A stretch of DNA of 64,000 nt from an uncultured delta proteobacterium. Its GTDB lineage: Bacteria > Desulfobacterota > Binatia > Bin18. Below are positions 51,509 to 60,955 of the stretch, piece after piece. Location of the stretch: NCBI GenBank assembly GCA_963733195.1, contig CAVTCR010000050.1:192001-256000 (forward strand), given 5' to 3'. Position numbers and translations under genes: made by a program. Under the pieces are notes generated by a model. It searched no databases, was not told the origin of the DNA, and saw only the letters and a program-made list of their open reading frames with translations. Position 1 is the stretch's first letter; each line of letters starts with the position of its first letter.

Positions 51509-53464
51509 TCAGAACGCAAAACAGTCACAGCCCGAGTCCCCAGCTTCCCAGCGGCTCTTGAAGCCACCGTTGCGCTTCCGTGCACCGAGAACGGCGCGCC
51601 GTCCCAGAGCAGCACACGCGTGCGGTAGCGGTTGTGGCGGCGCTCCACAGTAGCAGGTGTGTACCCACCGTACTTGGCAACCGGTGACCAGTCCGGGCTG
51701 ACCGGTAAGTGAGGGCGGCGCAAGCTTCGAGAACTCGGCTGTGGCATACACGACTTTCCCTCCTACTAGGGTCAACACTGATTCAAGTCGTTTAATCTCT
51801 TCCTCGGGAATCGCAAAGTAATCGGCCGACAGCACGGCGAGGTCCGCCAGTTGCCCCGGCACAATCGCCCCCTTCTTGCTCTCTTCACCCGAGAACCAAC
51901 TGCTTCCAACCGTGTACAACCGCAAGGCGTCCATGCGCTCCAGGCGATTCGCCTCCGGATAGAGTGCGGTTCCACCGACGGTTTTGCCCGTAACGAGCCA
52001 GTAGAGTGACACGAACGGGTTGTGACTCGCCACTCGCGTGGCGTCGGTGCCGGCGCCCACCGGGACGCCCATCGCCAGCATCTTCCGAATCGGCGGCGCA
52101 TCCTCTGCTGCCTTCCGTCCGTAGCGATCCACGAAGTATTCACCCTGAAAGGCCATGCGATGCTGCACGGCGATACCGCCACCCAGCGCTTTCACCCGCT
52201 CGATATTGCGTTCGGTAATAGTCTCGGCAGTGGTCAAAGAACCACCGCAGACCGTTGAAGGGCACCTCGCGGTTGACCGCCTCAAAGACATTCAGCGCAC
52301 GGGTGATAGTCTCGTCGTAGGTCGCGTGCAGGCGGAAGGGCCAGCGGTTCTTCGCGACAAGCGCAACGACCTCTTGCAGTTCAGACTCCATGACCGGCGC
52401 GAGATCGGGCCGCGGTTGCAGAAAGTCTTCAAAATCTGAGGCGGAGAAGACCAGCATCTCCCCGGCGCCGTTGACGCGGTAGAAGTCATCCCCCTCGCCG
52501 GGTTTCGTCATCTGTCACCCACTTGGCGAAATCCTCCCGCTCCTGCTTAGGGTGCTGGGTGAACAGGTTGTAGGCGGTGCGGACCGTGACCAACCCCTCA
52601 CGGGCGAGCTCGCTGAACACCGCGTAGTCGTCAGGGTAGTACTGGGAGCCTCCGCCCGCATCAATGACGCTGGTGACGCCAAAGCGGTTGAGTTCCCGCA
52701 TGAAGTGACGCGTGGAGTTGCGCTGGTTGGTCGGGCGGCAGTTTCGGCCCTTTGCCCAGGGTCGAGTAGAGAATCGTTGCGTTGGGTTTGGCGATGAGCA
52801 GGCCGGTCGGGTTTCCCGGCCTTATCACGTTGAATCTCACCCCCCTGTGGCTCGGGCGTGTCTTTGGTGTAGCCCACCGCGCGGAGTGCCGCGCGGTTGA
52901 GCAGGGCACGATCGTACAGATGCAGAATAAAGACTGGGGTATCCGGCGCTACTTGGTTGATCTCGTCTAGCGTGGGCAGGCGACGTTCAGCGAACTGGAA
53001 CTCTGTCCAGCCGCCGACCACGCGCACCCACTGGCCAGGCGGCGTGCGTGCGCCTGTTCCTTCAGCATCCGCAGGCCATCCGCCAGCGAAGGGACGCCGT
53101 CCCAGCGTAACTCAAGGTTATAATTGAGCCCGCCGCGAATGAGATGAATATGGGAATCATTCAGCCCGGGGATGACGGTGCGACCGCCGACGTCAATCAC
53201 CTGGGTCTGGTCGCCCTTGTGGGCCATCACCTCTTGTTCACTTTCCACGGCCACAAAGCGACCGTCTTTGATCGCCACAGCTGTGGCAAATGACCGGCGC
53301 TCGTCCTGCGTGGCGATGCGACCGTTAAGGAGGATGAGATCGGCGTGGCTTGTAGCGGCGGGTGGTGTCGTCTCCGTCGCCCTACTTGTACTCCTCAATG
53401 CATACGAGAGCCCGGTCGCGGCTCCCAGTTTCAAGACAGACCTTCGTGTCCAGGTGTGTTTCAT
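51509..53464 (-). CDS. Tat-exported YtcJ-like amidohydrolase (Amidohydro_3), split by several frameshifts
   Basis: TRRSVLK Tat motif, PGLNDSHIH, RLHATYDE, GAGTDATRV, C-terminal GCDCFAF. Confidence 0.85.
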
Positions 53465-53557
53465 TGCCGACTCCTGTGCCCAGGGACGGTTTGCGTCTCC
53501 GTGTTTACCGATCTTTGCGGAGGGAACTTATCGCGGGTGGTCGCCTCCGGGATATTC

Positions 53558-54200
53558 TCAGCCGCGCTCTTCCTTCGGGTGCTGATAGAGCCATCCTGCC
53601 ATGAGGCGGGTATAGTACGGCATGATCATGTACGTCATTAAGCCTACGATCAGGGCTGAGATGAGCAGATTACTTATGCCCGGCAGGCCCAACGCCGGGA
53701 CTGCCTGGAACAGCGGCCGTAGCACCCACGGCACGAGAATGGTCAAAGGAAAGATCGCCGAGAGCGTGAGCAAGAATTGTTTGTACGGCTTGGCGTGCTT
53801 CTGCACCGATGGCGGGGTGAACCAGAACTCTAACCCTGTCTTGATCTCCACCTGATCCCCGTGGACGAGCAGCGGCTCGACCTGGGCAAGCAGCGCTCGG
53901 CGGGTGTCCGAGGCCAGCCATGCTTGTGCGTGCTCCAGGGTGTCAAAGTGCAGCACAATCGTATACAGGCCAGTGCCTTCTGGCGGCCGGATGATGTTGG
54001 CCCCTTGATGCCCAGGGAAGCGTTGCGCGGTCGGGGTGATCTCACGGAGCCACAGCTTCATACTGCGCTTCCGCACCTGGTTTGACTTGGTGTTGGATAA
54101 CAGAGGTCACCACGTCGGGATGGGGTATCGAGTGCAGTGCGTCGCCTGGCGTAAGAGGTCGCGCATTCTCGGTCTCGGTCTGTGCGCCATGCTCGTGCAT
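53558..54200 (-). CDS. Antibiotic biosynthesis monooxygenase-domain membrane protein, frameshift near 54070
   Basis: VVTSVIQHQVKPG, FPGHQG, WLASDTR, TGLEFWF. Confidence 0.8.
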
Positions 54201-54218
54201 TGTTGTTTCCTTACGTCC

Positions 54219-54917
54219 TCAGGGCAGGTCAAACAGCAGAGCTTCCGCCGTGCTCTCCGTAACGAAGGTCAGAGATTCACCATCGGTGATGGCCACCCCA
54301 TCCCCACTGTGGAGCGTTTGGGTGTTGAGGGTTAGGTCTCCCCGGGCAACGTGGAGGTAGCCCGTGCGGTTTGGCGCTAGCTTGTGCGTTACGGTATCGC
54401 CGGGTCGTAGCGTAGTCGCATACACGAACGCATCCTGGTGGATGGTGACCGACCCGTCACGGCCATCGGGGGAAGCGACGAGGCGAAGCTGCCCGCGTGT
54501 GGCGGCTTCAGGGAAAGTCCGTTGCTCATAACTTGGGGACAGCCTCGTCCGGTTGGGCAGCAACCAGATTTGCAGCAGGTGGAGGAGGTCGTTGGATGAA
54601 GGATTATATTCACTATGCGTGATTCCCGTGCCGGCACTCATGCGTTGCACATCGCCCGGATGGATCACGGACCCGTTGCCCAAGCTATCTTTATGCGCTA
54701 ACGCTCCTTTGAGCACATAGGTGAGGATCTCCATATCGCGATGCGAGTGGGGCGGAAAACCTTTGCCGGGCTGCACCCGGTCTTCATTGATCACGCGCAG
54801 AACGCTGACGCCCATGTGGGCTGGATCGTAATAGTCGGCAAAAGAAAAAGTATGGTAACTGTCGAGCCAGCCGTGCTGCGCATGGCCGCGCTCATGGGCT
54901 GATCGTAACGTAAGCAT
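54219..54917 (-). CDS. Pirin family protein (YhhW-like)
   Basis: [34 protein letters not shown]. Confidence 0.92.
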   Translation of the reverse strand: MLTLRSAHERGHAQHGWLDSYHTFSFADYYDPAHMGVSVLRVINEDRVQPGKGFPPHSHRDMEILTYVLKGALAHKDSLGNGSVIHPGDVQRMSAGTGITHSEYNPSSNDLLHLLQIWLLPNRTRLSPSYEQRTFPEAATRGQLRLVASPDGRDGSVTIHQDAFVYATTLRPGDTVTHKLAPNRTGYLHVARGDLTLNTQTLHSGDGVAITDGESLTFVTESTAEALLFDLP

Positions 54918-54998
54918 GGGTTTTCCCTTTTCGTGATCTGCTGTGTTTGCTTCTATCCCGCCTCTAGGCTCTATGGAGATGTACCTCTTCAGTCAACG

Positions 54999-55621
54999 CT
55001 ACTTTTTGGCGAAGTAGCTCGTCATGAGATTGCGGTAGTTCGGAATGTAGGTGGAGAACAGGGCGCCCAGACCCTCGATGTCATTGCGCCAGTCGCGATG
55101 CAACTCGCAGGCCACACCGAACCAGCTCATCAGTTGCGCCCCCGCTGCCTCCATGCGCGACCAGGCCGCGTCACGCGTCACCTCATTGAAGGTGCCCGAG
55201 GCGTCGGTGACAACGAATACGTCAAAGCCCTCCTCAATGGCGGACAGGGCGGGGAAGGCCACACAGACTTCGGTCACCACGCCGGCAATGATCAACTGCT
55301 TGCGGCCGGTCTTCTTGATGGCGTTGACGAAATCCTCGTTGTCCCAGGCGTTGATATTGCCGGGGCGCGCGATGTACGGCGCATCGGGGAACAGCTCCTT
55401 CAGTTCCGGCACCAGTGGGCCGTTGGGGCCGTTCTCAAAGCTGGTGGTCAGAATCGTGGGGAGCTTGAAATACTTGCCGACGCCGCGAGCGCCAGCACGT
55501 TGTTCTTGAACTCGCCTGGCGAAAAGTCCTGAACCAGCGAGATCAGGCCAGCCTGGTGATCCACCAGCAGGCAAGCAGCATTATCTTTGGCAAGGCGGTT
55601 GTACTTAAATGTTGCGTTCAT
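54999..55621 (-). CDS. ycaC: YcaC-like isochorismatase-family hydrolase, frameshift near 55490
   Basis: LLVDHQAGL, TTSFENGPNGP, INAWDNEDF, VTEVCV, ELHRDWR. Confidence 0.88.
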
Positions 55622-55642
55622 AATAGGACTCCTTTCTTGTCA

Positions 55643-55990
55643 TCAATTCTTTGCTCTGTTTTTGGTTGCATGCAGGGTGACAGCGGTAGTGGCGTCTGCG
55701 TTCTCGTCTTGCGAATCGGCGGACGTCTCGATCATCTGTTTGATAAAGAGCTGACAGCCTGTGAGAGAGACGCCAGGTTGATGTTTGAGGCGGCCCAGCA
55801 GTGCGGCGCTCGCTTCATCGAGCATGTGCAGGGCCGTAAGATCAATGACGACAGCGCGCCCCAAGCGAACCCGTACCTCGCGATAGATCTCTTCCAGCAC
55901 GGGTACATCCTCACCTATAAGCGAGCCTTCGACACGGAGGATTGTGTGATTCCTCTCCGGGTCATCTGTTTGTGTTATCCGCACTGCCAT
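55643..55990 (-). CDS. STAS-like domain protein
   Basis: LRVEGSL..VVIDLTALHMLDE. Confidence 0.65.
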   Translation of the reverse strand: MAVRITQTDDPERNHTILRVEGSLIGEDVPVLEEIYREVRVRLGRAVVIDLTALHMLDEASAALLGRLKHQPGVSLTGCQLFIKQMIETSADSQDENADATTAVTLHATKNRAKN

Positions 55991-56026
55991 AGCGACACTT
56001 TCTCTCGTTGCATGGACCTATTGGAG

Positions 56027-56042
56027 AGCAAGTGGTGGGCCA
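56027..56042 (-). promoter_or_regulatory. sigma54 promoter of the STAS-ycaC operon
   Basis: TGGCCC-ACCAC-TTGCT. Confidence 0.7.
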
Positions 56043-56151
56043 AGGGTACGCATCTTGTCGGCGCACGCGCTAAGTCATCGATGCGAAAGAAAAAAGAAGA
56101 TAGGTCAGAGGGAAAAAGCCTCACGCCTGAAGCCAAGACGGCACGCCGCAA

Positions 56152-56184
56152 CGCGACATGGCGCGTCCGACGCGATATGTCGCG
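56152..56184. promoter_or_regulatory. Palindromic putative UAS
   Basis: CGCGACAT..CGCGTC-C-GACGCG..ATGTCGCG, about 110 bp upstream of the sigma54 motif. Confidence 0.5.
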
Positions 56185-56220
56185 GCGAGACTCGATAAGG
56201 ATGACTGAACCAAAATAGGG

Positions 56221-56504
56221 CTGTCATTGCGAGATCCCCAGACAGAAGCGCTGCAGAGCACTCATGCGCAATAAGCAGAACAAGGGGCACGGTCCTGTCC
56301 GTCATGTCCAGCGTACCCCGCGTTCGTCCCGAGACCTGTCAGGCTACCGGAGTGGTATTCAGTTTTCATCTCCTGGATTCCGGGTCTCGCTGATGGTCTT
56401 GCCCGGAATGACGGGCGTGCCATCTTCGTGTTCCGCGCAAGCTAAATCCAGGGGCGAGTGGTAGGCTTTTGTTTCTGAACAGGAGCAGCGCGACGAAGCA
56501 ATCT
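56221..56504. repeat. Cluster of degenerate REP-like elements
   Basis: GTCATTGCGAG.., CTGGATTCCGG..CCGGAATGAC, GCGACGAAGCAATCT. Confidence 0.4.
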
Positions 56505-56551
56505 TTGCCTACAAGAATTGATGAACCCATCAAAATCATGTGGACCGAGTA

Positions 56552-58239
56552 TTATTGCGTACCGTACTTCACGCTCAGCTTTTTCATGCGGCTGCGCAGC
56601 GTCGAAGCGGGCAGGCCCAGAATCTCCGCCGCGCCCCCTTTGCCAGCGATGAGCCCACGCGTATGGCGCAAGACTTCTTCGATATAGGCGCGTTCCATTT
56701 CTTCCAGCGTGCGTGAGGGTGGTGATGCCGCGTGCGCGGTAGGAGTGGCCGTTGCTGCTTCCGCTCGGCTCAGCGGCAGATCGACGAACAACACCTCACC
56801 CTCGGCCAGCAGCACGGCTCGTTCAATCAGGTGCTCCAGCTCGCGCACGTTGCCAGGCCAAGCGTACTGCTGTAGGCGCGTCAGGGAAGCAGGGTCGATC
56901 GAGGAAATCGGTTTTTTGAAACGGGCGCGAAATTTCTGGGCAAAATAGGTGGTCAGTAGCGCGATATCGCCGGGTCGCTCACGCAACGGCGGCGCCTGAA
57001 TCGGAAAGACGTTGAGGCGATAGAAGAGGTCGGAGCGGAATTTTCCTTCAGCAACAAGTTTGTCAAGCGGCTGGTTTGTCGCCGCGAGTACTCGGACATC
57101 CACCGAGATGGAGTGTGCTCCTCCCACACGTTCGAAGGCGCCGTGCTGCAAAACGCGCAAAAATTTCGCTTGCGTTTCCAGCGACAGTTCTCCCACTTCG
57201 TCGAGAAAGAGGGTGCCGCCGTCGGCCAGTTGGATACGTCCGAGTTTGCGTTGGTGCGCGCCGGTGAAGGCGCCTTTCTCGTGCCCGAATAACTCGCTTT
57301 CCACCAGTCCCGCGGGCAAGGCGGCGCAATTAATCGTAATGAATGGACGGTGGCTGCGAGCGCTGCGCGTGTGGATGGCGTGAGCGATCAATTCCTTGCC
57401 TGTTCCAGTCTCCCCACAGATCAGTACGGTAGCGTCCGCTGAGGCAACTGTCTCAATTGCCTTCACGACGTGTTTGAATGCAGGGCTGGTGCCGATCATC
57501 TCCGCGAAATAGTCTTCTTCCCTCATCGCCTTTTGCAGGGAGTACATCTGCGATTCGAGCGTTTGCACTTTCTCCCGTTGCTGCGCGAGTTCCCGCGAGC
57601 GCCGTTCCAGTTCGGTGAGCACCGTCGTAGTTCGGCATCGAGATTCTCCGGTTGGTGATCCTCCCTCAGGGCACGCATGTCTTCATGCTGTCAGTGGCTG
57701 CTCTGCCAACGACGAGGCAGCGCGCATCTCCTTTCCCCACGCATTCCTTTTCCACGCAATAGACAGGGCTGCCGAAGATCGCGGTCGCATGCCCGCTCGC
57801 ATATCCTGTCAGGGTCCAGCATACCGGTACAGTGCTGGGAGCCGATGTGTTTTAGGTGTTGTTCTGCTTCGTAGGAGTTGATCCACTCCGACTCTGTGGC
57901 AAACACGCCACGGCCCGTATCGATCTGGAAGTGCAGCGGGCGCACGCGCACGATTCCTTCCAACGTGTGCAGGCGTGGGCCGGCGGCCCACCAGTCTTCT
58001 ACGCTGTTCCAGGCGAACAATTCTTTCGAGGTCAGCGCGTCGCGATACCCACAGGCGTAGCCAAAGCGAGTCAGGAGACGTCGCGTGCGTTCCAGACCCA
58101 GAGTCTTAGTGAGTTCCTTGCGCAGCAGACCCATCGCATCTGCATCAAAGAGCAGCATACGTCGATGCCGGAAGTGAATCGTCCCCGCCGCCTCGTCCAC
58201 AGTGAGTAACTCTGGCAACTTCAGTTCGCTGAGGTTCAT
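56552..58239 (-). CDS. XylR/DmpR-type sigma54 activator (XylR_N + V4R + AAA + HTH), frameshifts near 57830 and 57625
   Basis: [47 protein letters not shown]; [14 protein letters not shown]. Confidence 0.88.
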
Positions 58240-58484
58240 ACGCTTGGTTTCTCTATGCCTTTGTGTTTGCAGACATGACTTCATTGTCCCCTTTTGGAAG
58301 ATATATGGAAGTCACTATGGAGATCGCACGTCGTGCGACAGACTGGCGCTCGCTCGATAGGAGATAGGGGGGTGGGAGTTTTGTTGACCGTACGTACTGC
58401 GATTTCCCTACGGGAATGACGATGACAAACCCATCGTCATTCCCCGGGCAAGCCCACACAGGGGGCACGTCTCAGAACTGGATA

Positions 58485-59024
58485 TTACGAGCCCAGCTCT
58501 TCTAAAAGACTGACTAAGTCATCGGCATGTTCCTCCTCCATCGCCAATATTCCCTCTAGCATTCGGCGAGTCGTCGGGTCGTCGTTGTCGAGGTACCCGA
58601 TCATCTCCCGGTAACTATCGATAGCGACGCGTTCTGCTACGAGATCTTCTTTAATCATATCTACGAGTGTCTTGCCTTCAACGTACTCCGAGTGGCTTCT
58701 CGTCAGGAGTCCTTCGGGCGAGAGATTAGGCTCCCCTCCCAACTGAACGATCCGCTGCGCAATCTGGTCTGCATGCGTTTGCTCTTCGTTCGCGTGTTGT
58801 AAGAACTCTTGCGCGACGCTCTGCGCGTTGATTCCCGACGCCATAAAGTAATGGCGCTTATACCGCAACACGCACACGATCTCTGTCGCCAAGGCCTCGT
58901 TCAACAGCCTTACCACGGTTTCGCGGTCTGCACGGTATCCCGGCGTGACTGCACCCTGTTCGATGTGTTGCCGCGCTCGTTCACGCAACGATTTAATGTC
59001 TGTGAGAAATGGCTTGTCCGTCAT
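58485..59024 (-). CDS. Ferritin-like / bacterioferritin domain protein
   Basis: ALATEIVCVLRY, EEQTHAD, EDLVAER, EEEHADD. Confidence 0.88.
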   Translation of the reverse strand: MTDKPFLTDIKSLRERARQHIEQGAVTPGYRADRETVVRLLNEALATEIVCVLRYKRHYFMASGINAQSVAQEFLQHANEEQTHADQIAQRIVQLGGEPNLSPEGLLTRSHSEYVEGKTLVDMIKEDLVAERVAIDSYREMIGYLDNDDPTTRRMLEGILAMEEEHADDLVSLLEELGS

Positions 59025-59310
59025 AATGTCCTCCTTAGATTCTATATACAGTCACTGAACTCACCTTACGACTTCTGAAAGTTGGTGCCTAGCGGCTAAT
59101 GACAAAGCTCAGCTACCAGAGCCGCCTTCGGCAGCGCAATCTTCAAACACTCCCCGATTCCCAAGCTCAGCCGATAGCGAGCCGTGCCTCGAATTTTAGA
59201 TTTGCAGCGTCACCTGTAGAGCGATATTCGCATTGAGTACGCGAGAGACTGGACAATTCTTTTCGGCGGACCGGTTCGTTTCATATTCGTACTCCTTTCC
59301 TCATGAGACT

Positions 59311-59580
59311 TCAGTGCGAATGCACTTCGCCTTCAAGCGCAACCTTGCCGGCGAAGTGGCGATAGACGAACGTGGAGTAACCGAGAGCGAGAATGATGCC
59401 AATCGTCCACCAGACCAAGCCGACTCTCAGACCGTACGCGCCCGCCAGCATAGCAATGATGTACAGACTCGAGGCGAGAAACGCGCGCAGTCCACAGAGG
59501 TTCGAAGAAGTAGCCGTCTGCGTTGAGCGGTACCCCACGGATCACATTACCCAGAGCCACACCAAAGGGCAGGGCTTCGG
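59311..59580 (-). pseudogene. cydB: Cytochrome bd subunit II remnant with internal deletions
   Basis: FGVALGNVIRGVPLNADGYFFEPLWT, RAFLASS, YGLRVGLVWW..VYRHFAGKV. Confidence 0.75.
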
Positions 59581-59598
59581 CTGTCCAGATGTCGCGCT

Positions 59599-59714
59599 GA
59601 CCAGGAGACTTCGTCATTTTCACAAAGTCTCCTGGTCGGTGTGTCTATGCGCACGCAGAGCAAAGCCCTGTTTCCCGGGTGTTTTCGCTTCAGTTAGTTG
59701 GCATGGCGTGGGCT
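59599..59714 (+). promoter_or_regulatory. 39-bp palindrome plus degenerate sigma54 motif, module copy 1
   Basis: GACCAGGAGACTTCGTCATTTTCACAAAGTCTCCTGGTC, then TGGCAT-GGCGT-GGGCT starting 62 bp later. Confidence 0.5.
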
Positions 59715-60112
59715 GAATGGAGTACGAGACCTACAGGTGGCGAGTGTAGTCACCATAAGTGAGATAGGGATTTCTGTGAGGATACCATGCACACCGCACA
59801 CTCCTCTGCCTACCGACGTCGACTACCTCGGCATGGGCCGATAGCACAGCCGCGACCCGATGCTGCCGACTGGGACACCGGACCTGAGTGGTTATCCAGC
59901 ACCGGCATGCTCCCAGAACAGTTTTTCCCTTCCAGACGAGCCGCTGGGCACGGCGTTCCGAGGCAACCTTGGTGAAGGCACAACGGCAGCTGGCTGCTTG
60001 ACAACGCGGAGAAGCGCAGCCATCTAGCGAGTAGCCCAAGAAAACCGTATAAAATACAGTAGCCGCTAGTGCAGCGCCTTGGGAATCAGCACCCAAAGAA
60101 GGAGGAAGGATA

Positions 60113-60550
60113 ATGTATACATGTAATCTCAGGGTCCGCCTTTCCTTTGTTGCTGGCGTTATGATGGCAACTCTTCTGTGGATAACGCCCAGTAAGAGTC
60201 TGGCGCAGAGGGAAGAGGTTGTGAAAGCAGGGAGACCAACCTTCGAGCAGTCTTGCGCGGTCTGTCATGGGCGCGAAGGCAAAGGTGATGGCGGGGCGGT
60301 AAACCTGTTGACGGTTAAGCCCGCAGACCTCACCCAGATTAGCAAGAAGAATGGGGGTAGTTTCCCGTTCTGGCGCGTCTACTCGATCATTGATGGCCGT
60401 GAAAAGGTCCTAGGGCACGGGGGCGACGAGATGCCGATCTGGGGGTCAGTGTTTCGCATGCAGGCCGGTGGCGGGGCCGATGCTGAAGCTCAGGTGCGGG
60501 GGCGAATCTTGGAGCTTGTGTATTACCTGGAGTCCATCCAGGAAAAATAA
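60113..60550 (+). CDS. Monoheme c-type cytochrome
   Basis: Signal peptide, CAVCH, PADLT, EMPIWG. Confidence 0.9.
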   Translation: MYTCNLRVRLSFVAGVMMATLLWITPSKSLAQREEVVKAGRPTFEQSCAVCHGREGKGDGGAVNLLTVKPADLTQISKKNGGSFPFWRVYSIIDGREKVLGHGGDEMPIWGSVFRMQAGGGADAEAQVRGRILELVYYLESIQEK

Positions 60551-60754
60551 GGCCCAATCCTGAAAACGATTGTTCGTCTCCACTTATACGTGGTTTGGAG
60601 ACGTTCCTCCACGCAAACCGGTAACACCACCGGGCAATATTAATGCCAGGAGCGCCGTGCATGCAGTGCTGATGCTACCAGCGCTTTTTCCCTGTATTCC
60701 TCACCACGGGATCACGAATTTTCGTGAATCAGCTCTGCCAAAGCTCGTATCCCA

Positions 60755-60871
60755 GACCACGAACCTTCGTCATTTTCACAAAGATTCGTGGTCGAAAAAT
60801 CTCCTCGGACTTGGAGGTCAGACCGTTATATAGATGTTTTCTCTGCTCCTGCGGTTGGCATAGCTTCTGCT
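60755..60871 (+). promoter_or_regulatory. 39-bp palindrome plus sigma54 promoter upstream of dnaK, module copy 2
   Basis: GACCACGAACCTTCGTCATTTTCACAAAGATTCGTGGTC, then TGGCAT-AGCTT-CTGCT starting 63 bp later. Confidence 0.65.
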
Positions 60872-60899
60872 ATATCATGCACTTCTGCTATATCATGCA
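60864..60899. repeat. 18-bp tandem duplication
   Basis: CTTCTGCTATATCATGCA x2. Confidence 0.85.
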
Positions 60900-60955
60900 G
60901 AGGAAGAGCCAATAGCGTGAGTACGCAACAGACCTAAAAGGGAGGTATAGCCAAT

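Noticed and set aside
51509-53464. Programmed frameshifting in the Tat amidohydrolase
   Set aside because: Several breaks without consistent slippery motifs; better explained by the window-wide indel error.
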